From: Candidatus Bathyarchaeota archaeon
Lineage (GTDB): Archaea > Thermoproteota > Bathyarchaeia > Bathyarchaeales > Bathycorpusculaceae
Assembly: GCA_963811105.1 (NCBI GenBank)
Contig: CAWEPZ010000001.1
Location: 1-64,000 of the forward strand
Reading direction: 5' to 3'
DNA length: 64,000 nucleotides
Positions 21,211-31,752 of this stretch are shown here, in pieces. Under the pieces are notes generated by a model. It saw only the letters and a list, made by a program, of their open reading frames with translations, did not search any database and had not been told where the DNA came from. Position numbers and translations under genes: made by a program. Position 1 is the stretch's first letter. Every line of letters begins with the position of its first letter.

Positions 21211-23172
21211 TTATTTGATTCTTTCAAGACGCAAAGAATTCAGCAACAGAAGCATTGTTACACCGTCATCACCAGCTATTACGGTTGCAAGCAAACCGGT
21301 TACACCAATTACGCCCAATGCGCCTAAAATTAGCTTTATGATTAGGGACGCAGCAATGTTCTGTTTTGCAATAGTCATGGTTTTATCGCTGAGTTTGATC
21401 AGGTAGGGAATTTGCGCAAGCTCATCTTTCACAAGTACGATGTCCGCGGATTCAAGGGCAACGTCAACTCCTGCCGTACCCATGGCAATTCCAACGTCTG
21501 AAGTAGCAAGCGCTGGAGCATCATTCACGCCGTCTCCAACCATAGCCACAAGCCCATCTTTCCCCTTCATATCCTCAATACACTTCACTTTATCCTCAGG
21601 AAACAGCTCCGCATAAACCTCATCAATCTTCAAGGTTTCCGCTGTTTCCTTAGCAATCTGCATTCTGTCACCAGTTAACATAGCGGTTTTTATGCCATTT
21701 TTCTTCAAATCGCTGATTGCTTTTAAGGCGTCTTCTCTCACTTGGTCTACAACGCAAACTGCAGCTAACCCCTCTTTACCAACAGAAACACAAACCGAAG
21801 TGTGGGTATCGTTCTCGTTAATTGCCATTGCTTCCGTGCAATTGCAGTCGAACTGTTTCATCAACTCTAAGTTCCCAACAGCCACAAATTTTCCATCAAC
21901 GTTGCCGATAATGCCTTTTCCAGGAATCTCTGTGAGGTCAGTCACTTTAAACTTGCTTAAGTCAATGCCTCTTTCTTGGGCACGCCTAACAATGGCTTGA
22001 GCAACTGGATGATTTGAAAACTGGTCCAAAGCAGCAGCCAGAGCCAAAGCTTCATCTTCAGTTCTTTGCACAAGCCTCACTTCATGAACTGCTGGTCTGC
22101 CCAAAGTTAGCGTGCCTGTTTTGTCAAAAACAACTTTTTTTACTTTGGCAAGCTTTTCAACGTAGATTCCGCCTTTTATTACCACGCCTCTTCTAGCTGC
22201 AATTGTTATAGCCACGAATACTGTTGCGGGAACGGAGATGATGAAGGCGCTTGGACAAGAAACCACTAAGAGAATCAAAGAGCGATAGAGCCAGATATTG
22301 AAAGATGCGCCGAAAAATAGTGTTGGCAGTGTAGCGGTTAAAACGGCTAAGAATATGACTATTGGGACGTAAATTTTTGCGAATCGGTCAACAAGCCTTT
22401 CTATGGATGCTTTTCGTTTGCCTGATTCACCGACAAGTATCATTATTCTTGAAACAAGCGTTTCACTGGCTTTTTTTGTGACAGATATCTTTAGAACGCC
22501 GCTGATGTTTAATGTGCCAGCAAAGACGCAGTCGTTTAGTTTCTTGGTTACAGGCATGGATTCTCCGGTAACTATGGCTTGGTCAACGTGTGAGAAACCG
22601 TCGACAACGTTGCCGTCTAAAGGAATCCGTTCCCCAGGTCGGACAAGCAGAGTCATGTTTGGCTCTACTTCGTTGACATTAACAGTTTTTTCTGTTCCAT
22701 CGGTTATTATTCTGGCTTTGTCTGGCATGAACTTTGAAAGTTTCTCCACTGTTCGCCGTGCTCTGTCCTCGATGTAGCCTTCAAAATATTCAGCGATGGA
22801 ATAAAGAAACAGCACCGTAGCCGCTTCAAATAGAGCATGCAAATATAGCGCGCCTAGGGCTGCGACAGCCATTAGAAACTCAACTGAAAATCTTCTCTCA
22901 ATAATTAGCTCTTTGAGCCCTACTACACCGATGTAAATTGAAGCAAAAAGAACTACAACGTAATACAAAACTGCGCTTAAGGTTGCTTGAACATTTACAA
23001 TTGGTATGACAAAGCCAAGGAAAACTCCAGCGAAGAAAAAGTCCAGTAAGGCGCCGATTACAATGGTTAAGCCTAATAAAACGGCAAAAGTAATCATTAC
23101 CCGTTTATTCTCATGTTCCTCGTTTTCTTTGTGCTCTGGCTTTTCTTCGCAGGCTTTTTCGTTTTTGCTCAA
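21211..23172 (-). CDS. P1B heavy-metal-translocating ATPase (Zn/Cd-type)
   Basis: TGES, SCPS, DKTGTLT, HP, TGD, GDGVNDAPALA. Confidence 0.95.
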   Translation of the reverse strand: MSKNEKACEEKPEHKENEEHENKRVMITFAVLLGLTIVIGALLDFFFAGVFLGFVIPIVNVQATLSAVLYYVVVLFASIYIGVVGLKELIIERRFSVEFLMAVAALGALYLHALFEAATVLFLYSIAEYFEGYIEDRARRTVEKLSKFMPDKARIITDGTEKTVNVNEVEPNMTLLVRPGERIPLDGNVVDGFSHVDQAIVTGESMPVTKKLNDCVFAGTLNISGVLKISVTKKASETLVSRIMILVGESGKRKASIERLVDRFAKIYVPIVIFLAVLTATLPTLFFGASFNIWLYRSLILLVVSCPSAFIISVPATVFVAITIAARRGVVIKGGIYVEKLAKVKKVVFDKTGTLTLGRPAVHEVRLVQRTEDEALALAAALDQFSNHPVAQAIVRRAQERGIDLSKFKVTDLTEIPGKGIIGNVDGKFVAVGNLELMKQFDCNCTEAMAINENDTHTSVCVSVGKEGLAAVCVVDQVREDALKAISDLKKNGIKTAMLTGDRMQIAKETAETLKIDEVYAELFPEDKVKCIEDMKGKDGLVAMVGDGVNDAPALATSDVGIAMGTAGVDVALESADIVLVKDELAQIPYLIKLSDKTMTIAKQNIAASLIIKLILGALGVIGVTGLLATVIAGDDGVTMLLLLNSLRLERIK

Positions 23173-23251
23173 TTATTAAAACCAGTTAATTCTATGTTAA
23201 TGCAGAACTTGCAAAAAAGGTTTCATAAAAAAAATAGGAAGAGTGGTTGCT

Positions 23252-24244
23252 CTAGTGTTTTTTTCCTGCAAACTGTTCATACACTGGATGTCCCTTGAAC
23301 CGTAGTGTCGTCTCGGATTTTTCTATAGTTCCGCTTGGCAGCCTCATGCAAATGGACTGTACAACTGCACCTTGAGGAATCAAACGTACGCCATCCAGAA
23401 GTTCTCCTTTGGTGACGCCTGACGCTGCGAAAACTAGTTCCTTGCCTTTTGCCAGTTCATCTTGGGTATAGGTTTTGTCGACGTCAACTCCAGCTTCTTT
23501 AAGGCGCTCCATTCTTGCTGCGTCGTTTGGTTGTCGCCAAACCTTAACAAGCATTGTTCCTCCAAGGCATTTTACAGCTGTTGCTGCGATGGTTGCTTCT
23601 GGACCGGCTCCTGCACCTATAAGCAAATCAACACCTGACTGGGGTGTGCATGCAACGACTGCGCCTGCGATGTCGCCGTCTGGGATTAGAATGATTCTGA
23701 CTCCAAGTTTTCTTAGAGTTTTCAGTATGTCATTGTGTCTATCTCGGTCGAGCATAATGACTGTAAAAGTGGATAGGGGGATCTTTTTTTCTCGGGATAT
23801 GATATGGACGATTTCTTCAACAGACATTTCCATGGTTAATTTACCCATCGATTGGTGGTCTGTTGCAATTTTGTAGTAGTAGCCGTCATCAGGGAGAACT
23901 TGGAAGCATCCTGCGGGTGCGCAAGCCAACGCGGATATAGCGTCTTTTCTGCCTTTGCTGGCAGCTGTAGTTCCATCAACTGGGTCAATGACAAATTCGA
24001 CTTTGGGGCCTCCGCGAGTGCCGACTTTTTCTCTGCGTGCAAAAGAAGGTGCGTTATCTTTAGGTCCTTCACAGCAAATCACTTCGCCATCAACGTCGGT
24101 TTGGGCAAGGGCTGCTCTTGAGTACTCAACGGCGTTTGCGTCAATTAAGTCACAGTCGCCTTGACCAATGTGCAAAGCTGCACCTATTGCTCCTGCAACT
24201 GTTATTCTCGTTAATGATGGGGCTAATGCTCTAAGAGAAACCAA
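23252..24244 (-). CDS. glpX: Class II fructose-1,6-bisphosphatase
   Basis: EG..DNAP, IDPVDGTT, LDRDRH, IPDGDIAG, GPE, ASGVTKGELLDGV. Confidence 0.9.
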   Translation of the reverse strand: MVSLRALAPSLTRITVAGAIGAALHIGQGDCDLIDANAVEYSRAALAQTDVDGEVICCEGPKDNAPSFARREKVGTRGGPKVEFVIDPVDGTTAASKGRKDAISALACAPAGCFQVLPDDGYYYKIATDHQSMGKLTMEMSVEEIVHIISREKKIPLSTFTVIMLDRDRHNDILKTLRKLGVRIILIPDGDIAGAVVACTPQSGVDLLIGAGAGPEATIAATAVKCLGGTMLVKVWRQPNDAARMERLKEAGVDVDKTYTQDELAKGKELVFAASGVTKGELLDGVRLIPQGAVVQSICMRLPSGTIEKSETTLRFKGHPVYEQFAGKKH

Positions 24245-24417
24245 GTGTTATTCCTCGTTTAGCATAGTTAAATAAATATCTCGTTAATATCTACTTAATA
24301 TATGTTTTACCATTCAAGGTTACGTAGAAAACCGTAATCATTCTACTTTTTGAGATCTTTAGAAAGTCATACGCTTGAGTCTGCAAAAAAATAAAGGGAA
24401 CAAAAACATAGTACAGC

Positions 24418-25251
24418 TTGGCAAAAATGAAAAAAAACGTGTTAGCAATAGCCGTTATCTTAGGGTTCTTAGTCTGGGGCTTCAGTGGATTAGGCTTCGT
24501 AGGTTTTGCCTCTGCAAACCCTAACGGTTCATTTCCATCTCTAGCTATGCCAGTAGAATATGTCAACTACACAATTACACCCATTAATGGTACCCTTTGG
24601 GCAAAAATTGATGGCGACTATCCCATTTTTATATACAGCCAACTAGATTGCAAATTCAAAGGGGATATGCCTATGGTTTACCCTATGCCTCCCGGAGCAA
24701 CAAACATCCATGTTTTCTTAGGCGAACAGGAGCAGAATTGGACTAATTATACGCAATTGTATCCTGATGTTTTGCACCATACAGCCATCGGCGATTGGGG
24801 CATGATATATTGTGATTTAAACAACCTTTCAGACAATTTTGTGCTTAAAATCCACTACGAACACCCACTGCAGATGATAAATGGAAGCTACCTGTTCCTC
24901 TACGACCTAAACATCAGCCCGTACTTGTCAGAACAAAGCACCAACTCCACGGTCCACTATACCATTCGCATGGAAACAAATACTACAAATCTGCATGCGT
25001 TCACAACAACAACTGACAGCAAATGGAACCCAATAAACTTCATAACGACAAAGGAAGGCTCAACCCAAGTGGTCTCAATTCAGGAACACTCTGAATATTC
25101 TAAACCTCTGCCTGGCGACCTAGTTGTAGAATTCTCAAGCGATGTGCAGGTTCAGAAATTTCCAATCTGGGCAATACCTGCGTTTTTACTGTCTGTATTT
25201 TTGATTGCGCTGATTTTTTTGCAAAGAAGAATAATTGCCCACAAATATTGA
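24418..25251 (+). CDS. Secreted protein with C-terminal TM anchor
   Basis: Signal peptide ending ASA-NP; many N-x-S/T sequons; C-terminal TM followed by RR. Confidence 0.7.
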   Translation: MAKMKKNVLAIAVILGFLVWGFSGLGFVGFASANPNGSFPSLAMPVEYVNYTITPINGTLWAKIDGDYPIFIYSQLDCKFKGDMPMVYPMPPGATNIHVFLGEQEQNWTNYTQLYPDVLHHTAIGDWGMIYCDLNNLSDNFVLKIHYEHPLQMINGSYLFLYDLNISPYLSEQSTNSTVHYTIRMETNTTNLHAFTTTTDSKWNPINFITTKEGSTQVVSIQEHSEYSKPLPGDLVVEFSSDVQVQKFPIWAIPAFLLSVFLIALIFLQRRIIAHKY

Positions 25252-25468
25252 GTGAACAGCTTTCTTATCTTGGTTGTTTTTGGTTTATGACGAGTTCAGT
25301 CGTTCGTTTTTTGTAACAGGGTACTTCAAACTTCCAGAGTGTTGTTGTTTTCAAAAATTTTTCCCAATGGTAGAAGACTTGTTTTATTTTAAATATTTTT
25401 TTTCTGCATAGCTCTACCTTTCCCTGATGAAGCGAGCGTATAAACCTCAGCCTTCACTTTGTTGAGTC

Positions 25469-26089
25469 TTAGTAGAAGCAGGGAATGTACTCTCTAACCC
25501 TAAACTTCACCGCTAACCGTTCAGCAACAGCCTGCACCTTACCTAAGTCCACCTCTGGCATTCTCACCGCCGTAACCTCAACCTCAAGCACAGACTTCGA
25601 TTTCTGCACAAAATCAACCACAGCTTCATAGGCATCAGTGAAAGTTGGCTTACATATCTCTTCATAAGTTTTCGGGTCGCCAGCGTTCAAACTTACGCTG
25701 ATTTTGTCAATGCCCGCAGCATTCAACTCGTTTGCCACATCTTTATCAGGATTAAGTACGTAGCCATGTCCATTAGTATTCACGCGGATTTTTAGTGGTC
25801 GTCCGTAATGCTTCCTTATCCACCTTGTGACCTTCAATAGAACATCCAATCGCTCTGTTGGTTCTCCGAAACCGCAGAAAACTATCTCATTCCAGTTTCG
25901 CATGTTCAAAACCTCACAAAGTTCACTGGTAATCTGGGTAACGCTGGGCTCCTCAGCTAGTTTAAGGTTGAAGCCTCCTACTCCACGTTTATATCGCTTG
26001 AGGCAGAAAAAGCAACAGTTTGAGCATTTGTTGGTTATGTTTAAGTAAAGCGTGTTTTCCATCCAGTAGACGGTTTTGGCTTTATCCAT
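25469..26089 (-). CDS. TatD-associated-type radical SAM protein
   Basis: LYLNITNKCSNCCFFC, VFCGFGEP, NTNGHG, SVSLNA. Confidence 0.88.
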   Translation of the reverse strand: MDKAKTVYWMENTLYLNITNKCSNCCFFCLKRYKRGVGGFNLKLAEEPSVTQITSELCEVLNMRNWNEIVFCGFGEPTERLDVLLKVTRWIRKHYGRPLKIRVNTNGHGYVLNPDKDVANELNAAGIDKISVSLNAGDPKTYEEICKPTFTDAYEAVVDFVQKSKSVLEVEVTAVRMPEVDLGKVQAVAERLAVKFRVREYIPCFY

Positions 26090-26099
26090 AGCAGCTATT

Positions 26100-26387
26100 T
26101 CAGCCGCCTGTCATAAGAGACATCAAAATTATGCTGTCCCCGTCTTTCAGGATTGTGTTGATGCCTCTTAGTTGATCCATTAAAACGCCGTTAATCATAG
26201 CTACGAAGGTTGACTTTATCTCCCTACGTTCTGTGTCATAAACTTCTTGGGTGAACGGGGCTCCGTATTTTTCGGCGACTTTATCCAAAACATCAGATAA
26301 GGCGGAATCTTCTTTGAGGTCGAATTCGTCTTGGCTTGTTTTGGTGAAGCTTTTAACCAAGCTTATGTAGTGAACTTTTATTTTCAT
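26100..26387 (-). CDS. MoaD/ThiS ubiquitin-like sulfur carrier
   Basis: Beta-grasp pattern, ING...LKDGD, C-terminal GG. Confidence 0.9.
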   Translation of the reverse strand: MKIKVHYISLVKSFTKTSQDEFDLKEDSALSDVLDKVAEKYGAPFTQEVYDTERREIKSTFVAMINGVLMDQLRGINTILKDGDSIILMSLMTGG

Positions 26388-26614
26388 TTATTGAACCTTC
26401 GAGCTTGTGCTAATTGATTGAATGAAGTTTCTCATATCTTTTTTCTCTGAACAACTGCTTTTTTCTGGATTGTGAGCGCCAAAATCGTTGTGATTGTTTA
26501 TACATGACGACAAAACGTGGAAAGCTGTTTCAGCCATGAATTTCCAAATACGAACCCATTAAGTTAATATAGTTTTTAACTGCCTAATAACTAAAATAAC
26601 TGGAGGAACAGGGT

Positions 26615-28471
26615 TTGTTCGGTTACGCAGGAAGAATTTTACGTGTTGACTTAACTACGGGCAAGACTAGCTTTGAAAAATTAGACTCAGAAACCGCCAA
26701 AAAATTTGTTGGCGGAATTGGCTTAGGTATGAAACTTTGGCTGGCTAATTCTAAAGCAGGTGTTGACGCATTTTGCCCTGAAAATCCACTGGTTTTAGCA
26801 GTCGGGCCAGTCTCTGCAACAATGTTTCCTACCGGTGGAAATGGTCATGCATTCATTTCAAAATCCCCCGCTACAGGCGGCGTTGGAGAAGCCGTAAGCC
26901 ATGGCACTTTTGGAGCTGAAATAAAAAGGGCTGGGTACGACGCAGTTATAGTAACTGGAAAAGCCGAAAAACCAGTTTACCTGTGGATTGACGATGATTC
27001 AGTTCAATTACTTGACGCAGGCAACCTCTGGGGCAAATCACCTTCAGAAACTGAAGATGCAATTAAAGATGAACTCGGCGATTACTATGTACGTGTATCA
27101 TCAATCGGTTTAGCTGGAGAAAAACAATCCAAAATAGCGGCCATATTAAATGAGAAAACCCGTGCTGCTGGAAGAACCGGGTTGGGCGCAGTTATGGGCT
27201 CTAAGAACCTAAAAGCTATTGCTGTTCGAGGTACCAACGATATCGTTGTCGCCAAACCTGATGAATTCATGGATATGGTCAGAGAGTTCCATGAAAGAAT
27301 GAAGGGTCCGGCAGCTCAAAAATACCGAACACTTGGAACTTCAGAAAATATCATGACCCAAAATGCATTGTTCTGCATGCCTACACGGAACTATACTAAC
27401 GCTCATTTTGAGACCGCTGATAAAGTAAGCGCCGAAGTACTTAACGAACGATACATTACAAAAATAATTGCGTGCAACTCATGTGCCATGCGATGTGAAC
27501 ATGAAGCAGTAATTCGCGATGGCTCATATAAAGGAACCATGGCGCGCATGGAATACGACAATATATGGGCATTAGGACCAAATTGTGGCGTTGACAAACT
27601 TGACGCAATAATAAAAGCAGCTGAACTCTGCAACTACTACGGTTTAGATGCCCAAAGCACAGGTGTAACAGTAAGCTTTGCAATGGACTGCCATGAGCAA
27701 GGGATCCTTTCACACGAGGAGCTAGACGGAATTGACGCTCACTTCGGAAACGCAGACGCACTCATACAACTTATAGAAAAAATAGGCAAACGGGAAGGAA
27801 TAGGCGAAGTTCTCGCTGACGGCGTCAAAGTTGCCGCAGAAAAAATCGGCAAAGACTCTAGTAAGCTTGCGCAGAATATCAAGGGATTAGAAGTCACAGG
27901 TTATGATTTACGATGCTTAAAGACTGCTGCTTTAGGGTTTGCAGTTTCCTTCAGAGGAGCTGACCATAACCGAAGCGGCGCGTACGTCTTCGATATTACT
28001 GGTAAAGTTGACCGTTTGAAGGCTGAAAAAGGACGAGGCAAACTCGTTAAGGATTCAGAAGATGTTTACGCCCTGATTGATTCCCTTATTATCTGCAAAA
28101 ACGCCAAAGGCACATTTTACAAGGAACTAGTCGAGATGGCTAAATTATACACGTTAGTAACTGGTTACGAGATGACACCTCAAGAAATTAGCATTGCAGG
28201 CGAACGAATCAACACCCTTGCACGGCTAATTAACATCCGAGAAGGTTTAAGCCGCAAAGACGACACATTACCCTGGAAAGTCATGAACCAACCAATTCCC
28301 GACGACGGACCAGCAAAAGGCGCAATGGTAACCCAAAACGAACTTGACCTATTACTAGACGATTATTACCAAGCACGCGGCTGGACACTAGACGGTGTAC
28401 CAACCAAGTCCCTACTCACCAAACTTGGCATAGACGACTTATCCAGCATAGTTGAGGGAAAAGAGGCGTAA
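26615..28471 (+). CDS. Tungsten aldehyde:ferredoxin oxidoreductase family protein
   Basis: GYAGRILRVDL, KSPATG, AAGRTGLGAVMGSKNLKAI, CxxCxxxC, EYD, RGADH, YYQARGW. Confidence 0.95.
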   Translation: MFGYAGRILRVDLTTGKTSFEKLDSETAKKFVGGIGLGMKLWLANSKAGVDAFCPENPLVLAVGPVSATMFPTGGNGHAFISKSPATGGVGEAVSHGTFGAEIKRAGYDAVIVTGKAEKPVYLWIDDDSVQLLDAGNLWGKSPSETEDAIKDELGDYYVRVSSIGLAGEKQSKIAAILNEKTRAAGRTGLGAVMGSKNLKAIAVRGTNDIVVAKPDEFMDMVREFHERMKGPAAQKYRTLGTSENIMTQNALFCMPTRNYTNAHFETADKVSAEVLNERYITKIIACNSCAMRCEHEAVIRDGSYKGTMARMEYDNIWALGPNCGVDKLDAIIKAAELCNYYGLDAQSTGVTVSFAMDCHEQGILSHEELDGIDAHFGNADALIQLIEKIGKREGIGEVLADGVKVAAEKIGKDSSKLAQNIKGLEVTGYDLRCLKTAALGFAVSFRGADHNRSGAYVFDITGKVDRLKAEKGRGKLVKDSEDVYALIDSLIICKNAKGTFYKELVEMAKLYTLVTGYEMTPQEISIAGERINTLARLINIREGLSRKDDTLPWKVMNQPIPDDGPAKGAMVTQNELDLLLDDYYQARGWTLDGVPTKSLLTKLGIDDLSSIVEGKEA

Positions 28472-28474
28472 GAA

Positions 28475-28984
28475 ATGGTAAAAATTCACGAAAGAAAATT
28501 TGTTTCCGTTGACCCGGAAAAATGTGTAGGCTGCCAAATCTGCGAGTACGCTTGCTCATTCACTAAAGAGAAAGCCTTCAACCCCCTCAAATCACGCATC
28601 CGAGTTGTCCGAGTTAACCAAATAGCGAACATGGCAGTAACATGCAGACTCTGCGAAGATCCAGCCTGCGTAGCAGCTTGCCCACGAGATGCCCTAACAC
28701 AGTCAGAAGACACAGGAAACATTGTTCTTGACAAAGACAAATGCAACGGCTGCGGCTGGTGCATCGAAGCCTGCGACTACGGCGCAATAATGCTTCATCC
28801 AGAAAACAAAGTAGTCTACGTCTGTGATATGTGTAAAGAAAAAGCTGATGGACCACAATGCGTTAAATGGTGCCCTGAAGAAGCTTTAACCGTAGTTACA
28901 AGCGATGTGCTGGCGCAGAAAGCAAGAATCAGTGCGATCAAAAAACTGTTCCAAGAGTCAAAGCAAAAAGAAACCAAGCAGTAA
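28475..28984 (+). CDS. 4Fe-4S dicluster ferredoxin-like subunit
   Basis: Four CxxCxx(x)C...CP-type motifs; adjacent to the AOR gene. Confidence 0.92.
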   Translation: MVKIHERKFVSVDPEKCVGCQICEYACSFTKEKAFNPLKSRIRVVRVNQIANMAVTCRLCEDPACVAACPRDALTQSEDTGNIVLDKDKCNGCGWCIEACDYGAIMLHPENKVVYVCDMCKEKADGPQCVKWCPEEALTVVTSDVLAQKARISAIKKLFQESKQKETKQ

Positions 28985-29141
28985 CAAAGGGACAAAGCCC
29001 TTCTTCTCAATTTCTAATATTATAGTATTTTACCGGTCGCTTTCATGTTACGAAAAAGAACCTGAAGAAAATCTCCGTGGCACAGAAGCGAAAAAAAACT
29101 TATAACAAGCTTAATTATCTCAGTCAAACTTTTTTTCAACC

Positions 29142-29377
29142 ATGCAAATCAATCATCATTGCAGAAAATTGAAAGTTCTAGCGTTAGGCGGCTTTTTTAG
29201 CTTCCATACTATACATTTTAGCTTTGGTTGTTGTCAACATCTTAGACCCTTCCTACTCACAGGTCAGCAAAAACAGTCAGCGAGCTAATAGAGCGCGGTG
29301 CACCAAACCTCGACTTACCAAATGTCATATTTATGATCTATAATCTTCTATTGGTTCCTTTCGCAGTCGGTATTTAA
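29142..29377 (+). pseudogene. DUF998-like membrane protein, truncated remnant
   Basis: Frameshifted LALGG..ASILY...DPSYSQVSKTVSELIERGAPN...YNLLLVPFAVG*. Confidence 0.55.
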
Positions 29378-29447
29378 GTTTAGATCTAAGGAACGCAGTT
29401 TTGCAAAAGCTATTAATAACGATAAACCCCCGTTTAGGAACATACTG

Positions 29448-30260
29448 GTGTCCGTGTTGCTTGATCAACTAATCATAACAATAATTCTTGCCTTAATCCA
29501 GGGGATCGCAGAATGGCTGCCAATTTCCAGTACCGCGCACTTAAGAATTGCCGAGCACTTCCTGGGGTTCCAAGCAACACCGCTCTTCAACGTTTTCCTC
29601 CATATTGGCACTCTTGGGGTTGTAATTTTCTATTTTAGGCGTGACATCAAAGTTGTACTTACAGCTCTGGTGCACAGGGATTTTCATTCTGAATACGGCC
29701 GATTCATCCCCCTAATCGTGGTGGCGACAATTCCAACTGGCATAATAGGATTGCTCTACGACAAATTCCTGGCAGATAATTATCAAACATTCCTCATTAT
29801 GGGCATCACGTTTCTTGTCGGTACCACCTTGTTGTTTTTCTCCAAGTTTGGCAAAGAAAATCAGACCCAAATCTCATACCGCAAAGCCTTAATTATGGGC
29901 GCTGCGCAAGGAGCTGCGAGTTTTCCTGGGCTTTCAAGAAGTGGCTCAACAATTTCAAGTGGGCTTTTGCAGGGGATTAAGCGGGAGGTGGTTTTTAAAT
30001 TCTCATTCTTACTATCGATTCCTGCGATAATTGGCGATTTAGGAGTTGAGGCTTACTTGCAGAGGGGAAGCTTTTCTCAAGGCGTTGGAGTTAGTCCACT
30101 CTACATTCTAATCGGCTTGGCGTTTACTGTGATTGCAGGTTACTTTGCTATTGTGCTGGTGAAGAAGCTGGTGTTGACCAAGCGGTTTCATTACTTCGCT
30201 GCTTACACGTTTGCCCTTGGTGTTGTCCTGATAGCTTTGGCATTATTATTTGGCTACTAA
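29448..30260 (+). CDS. uppP: Undecaprenyl-diphosphate phosphatase (BacA family)
   Basis: QGIAEWLPISSTAHL, HIGTL, PGLSRSGSTI, FSFLLSIPA. Confidence 0.95.
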   Translation: MSVLLDQLIITIILALIQGIAEWLPISSTAHLRIAEHFLGFQATPLFNVFLHIGTLGVVIFYFRRDIKVVLTALVHRDFHSEYGRFIPLIVVATIPTGIIGLLYDKFLADNYQTFLIMGITFLVGTTLLFFSKFGKENQTQISYRKALIMGAAQGAASFPGLSRSGSTISSGLLQGIKREVVFKFSFLLSIPAIIGDLGVEAYLQRGSFSQGVGVSPLYILIGLAFTVIAGYFAIVLVKKLVLTKRFHYFAAYTFALGVVLIALALLFGY

Positions 30261-30395
30261 TCGTAATGTCAAAGGGAACTAGATTTCACAATATCATTTT
30301 TCAGAATCTTGTTTGAAGAGCTCTCTGATGACAATATTACGTAATCGTTGCGGCATTAATTTTAATTAGCTTTGTAAGACGAAGCAGGAAATTTT

Positions 30396-30765
30396 ATGAA
30401 AGAATCTTTTACAACAAATCAAGGTACTCCTGTTTCAGGCGACCAAAACTCCTTAACCTTAAGCAACAACGGGCCAGTTCTACTTCAGGATGTCCATTTG
30501 ATCGAAAAACTCGCGCATTTCAACCGTGAACGAATACCTAAACGATTGTTCATGCCAAAGGGGCTGGTGCAGGAAGCTATTTTGAAGTAACTAAAGACTT
30601 AACCAATTACACAAAAGCAAAATTTCTCTCAGAAGTGGAAAACGAACAATAGTGTTCGTGAGGTTTTCTACAGTAGGCGGCGAAAAAGGGTCAGCAGATG
30701 CAGAACGAGACCCGAGAGGATTCGCGGTAAAATTCTACACCGCGGAAGGTAATTATGACCGCGTA
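30396..30765 (+). pseudogene. Monofunctional heme catalase, 5' fragment only
   Basis: TTNQG...[32 protein letters not shown]...[34 protein letters not shown]; homology ends abruptly. Confidence 0.9.
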
Positions 30766-30842
30766 GCTTTGGCAGTTCTGAAAACTTTAAAAGTATGACA
30801 ATTGTCATATTACTGATATTAAAGCCCAGTTGAGAGAATGTT

Positions 30843-31646
30843 ATGAAAAACAAACTTTTCCAAATCTGCTTTTTCCTAACACTATCTGGATTGCTGCTAA
30901 TAGCGCCGGCACACAGAGCTTTAGCCAGTTCAGAGTGGGATTTACAGATAACCAATCTATCAGGTACCACTGTAAACCTTAGCTACGATCAACTTTTAGC
31001 AATACCGATGACAACTGTAAGCGCTGCCCTAGTATGCTTCGGCAATCCAGTAACCTCTGGCGATTGGAGCGGAGTAAGCCTTAGCTTCTTGCTTCAGAAT
31101 GCAGGAGTAGACCCAGCTGTCGCTTCAATTGATTTTCTAGCCCAAGACGGATACATGGTCAGTATTCCATTACAAGTTGCTTTGCAACCCAATGTTATTA
31201 TCGCATACGAGCAGGATGGCTCGCTATTATCTCAAAAATTACGTTTAGTCCTTCCTGGAGAAAACGGCGGATTGTGGATAGCCCTGATTACCTCGATAAC
31301 AATGGATACAGTTACAATTGACTCAAACCAATTTTTGGTTTCAAATGCAATAGGACCAAACCAACTAGAGTCAATGCACTCAATTGGGCAATCTGCGACG
31401 CAGCAACAAGCACCCATTCAGGCACAACCCACTGCCTCGCCTAAAAACGATACTAAAACAGAAATAATTGCACCACCAGCAAATATTACCCAATCCGACC
31501 AGAAAACAATTTCACAACAAGGTTCAAGCCCTAAGAATTTAGGCTTTCCGGTTGCAGTTGAATATGGAATAGCGTTCGGAGCAACAATTGCGTTGGTAAC
31601 AGCAAGCTACTTGGCTTTCAGTCTGAGGCGCAAAGGAAAAAAATAG
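30843..31646 (+). CDS. Membrane-anchored molybdopterin-dependent oxidoreductase (sulfite oxidase/MsrP-like domain)
   Basis: Conserved Cys (LVC), WSGVSL, AQDGY, IAYEQDG, LRLVLPG; signal peptide and C-terminal TM. Confidence 0.8.
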   Translation: MKNKLFQICFFLTLSGLLLIAPAHRALASSEWDLQITNLSGTTVNLSYDQLLAIPMTTVSAALVCFGNPVTSGDWSGVSLSFLLQNAGVDPAVASIDFLAQDGYMVSIPLQVALQPNVIIAYEQDGSLLSQKLRLVLPGENGGLWIALITSITMDTVTIDSNQFLVSNAIGPNQLESMHSIGQSATQQQAPIQAQPTASPKNDTKTEIIAPPANITQSDQKTISQQGSSPKNLGFPVAVEYGIAFGATIALVTASYLAFSLRRKGKK

Positions 31647-31752
31647 TTAATGCCGCTTTTCCAAGACTACAAGAAGGTAAACGAAACAAAGGGCTTCAAA
31701 ACAACTCCGCCATGTACTTGTTAACTAAAATTTTAACTTGTAATATGTGGTC

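Noticed and set aside
26490-26511. GTGATTGT half-site in the moaD/aor intergenic region
   Set aside because: The second half does not match and no TATA lies at the expected distance.
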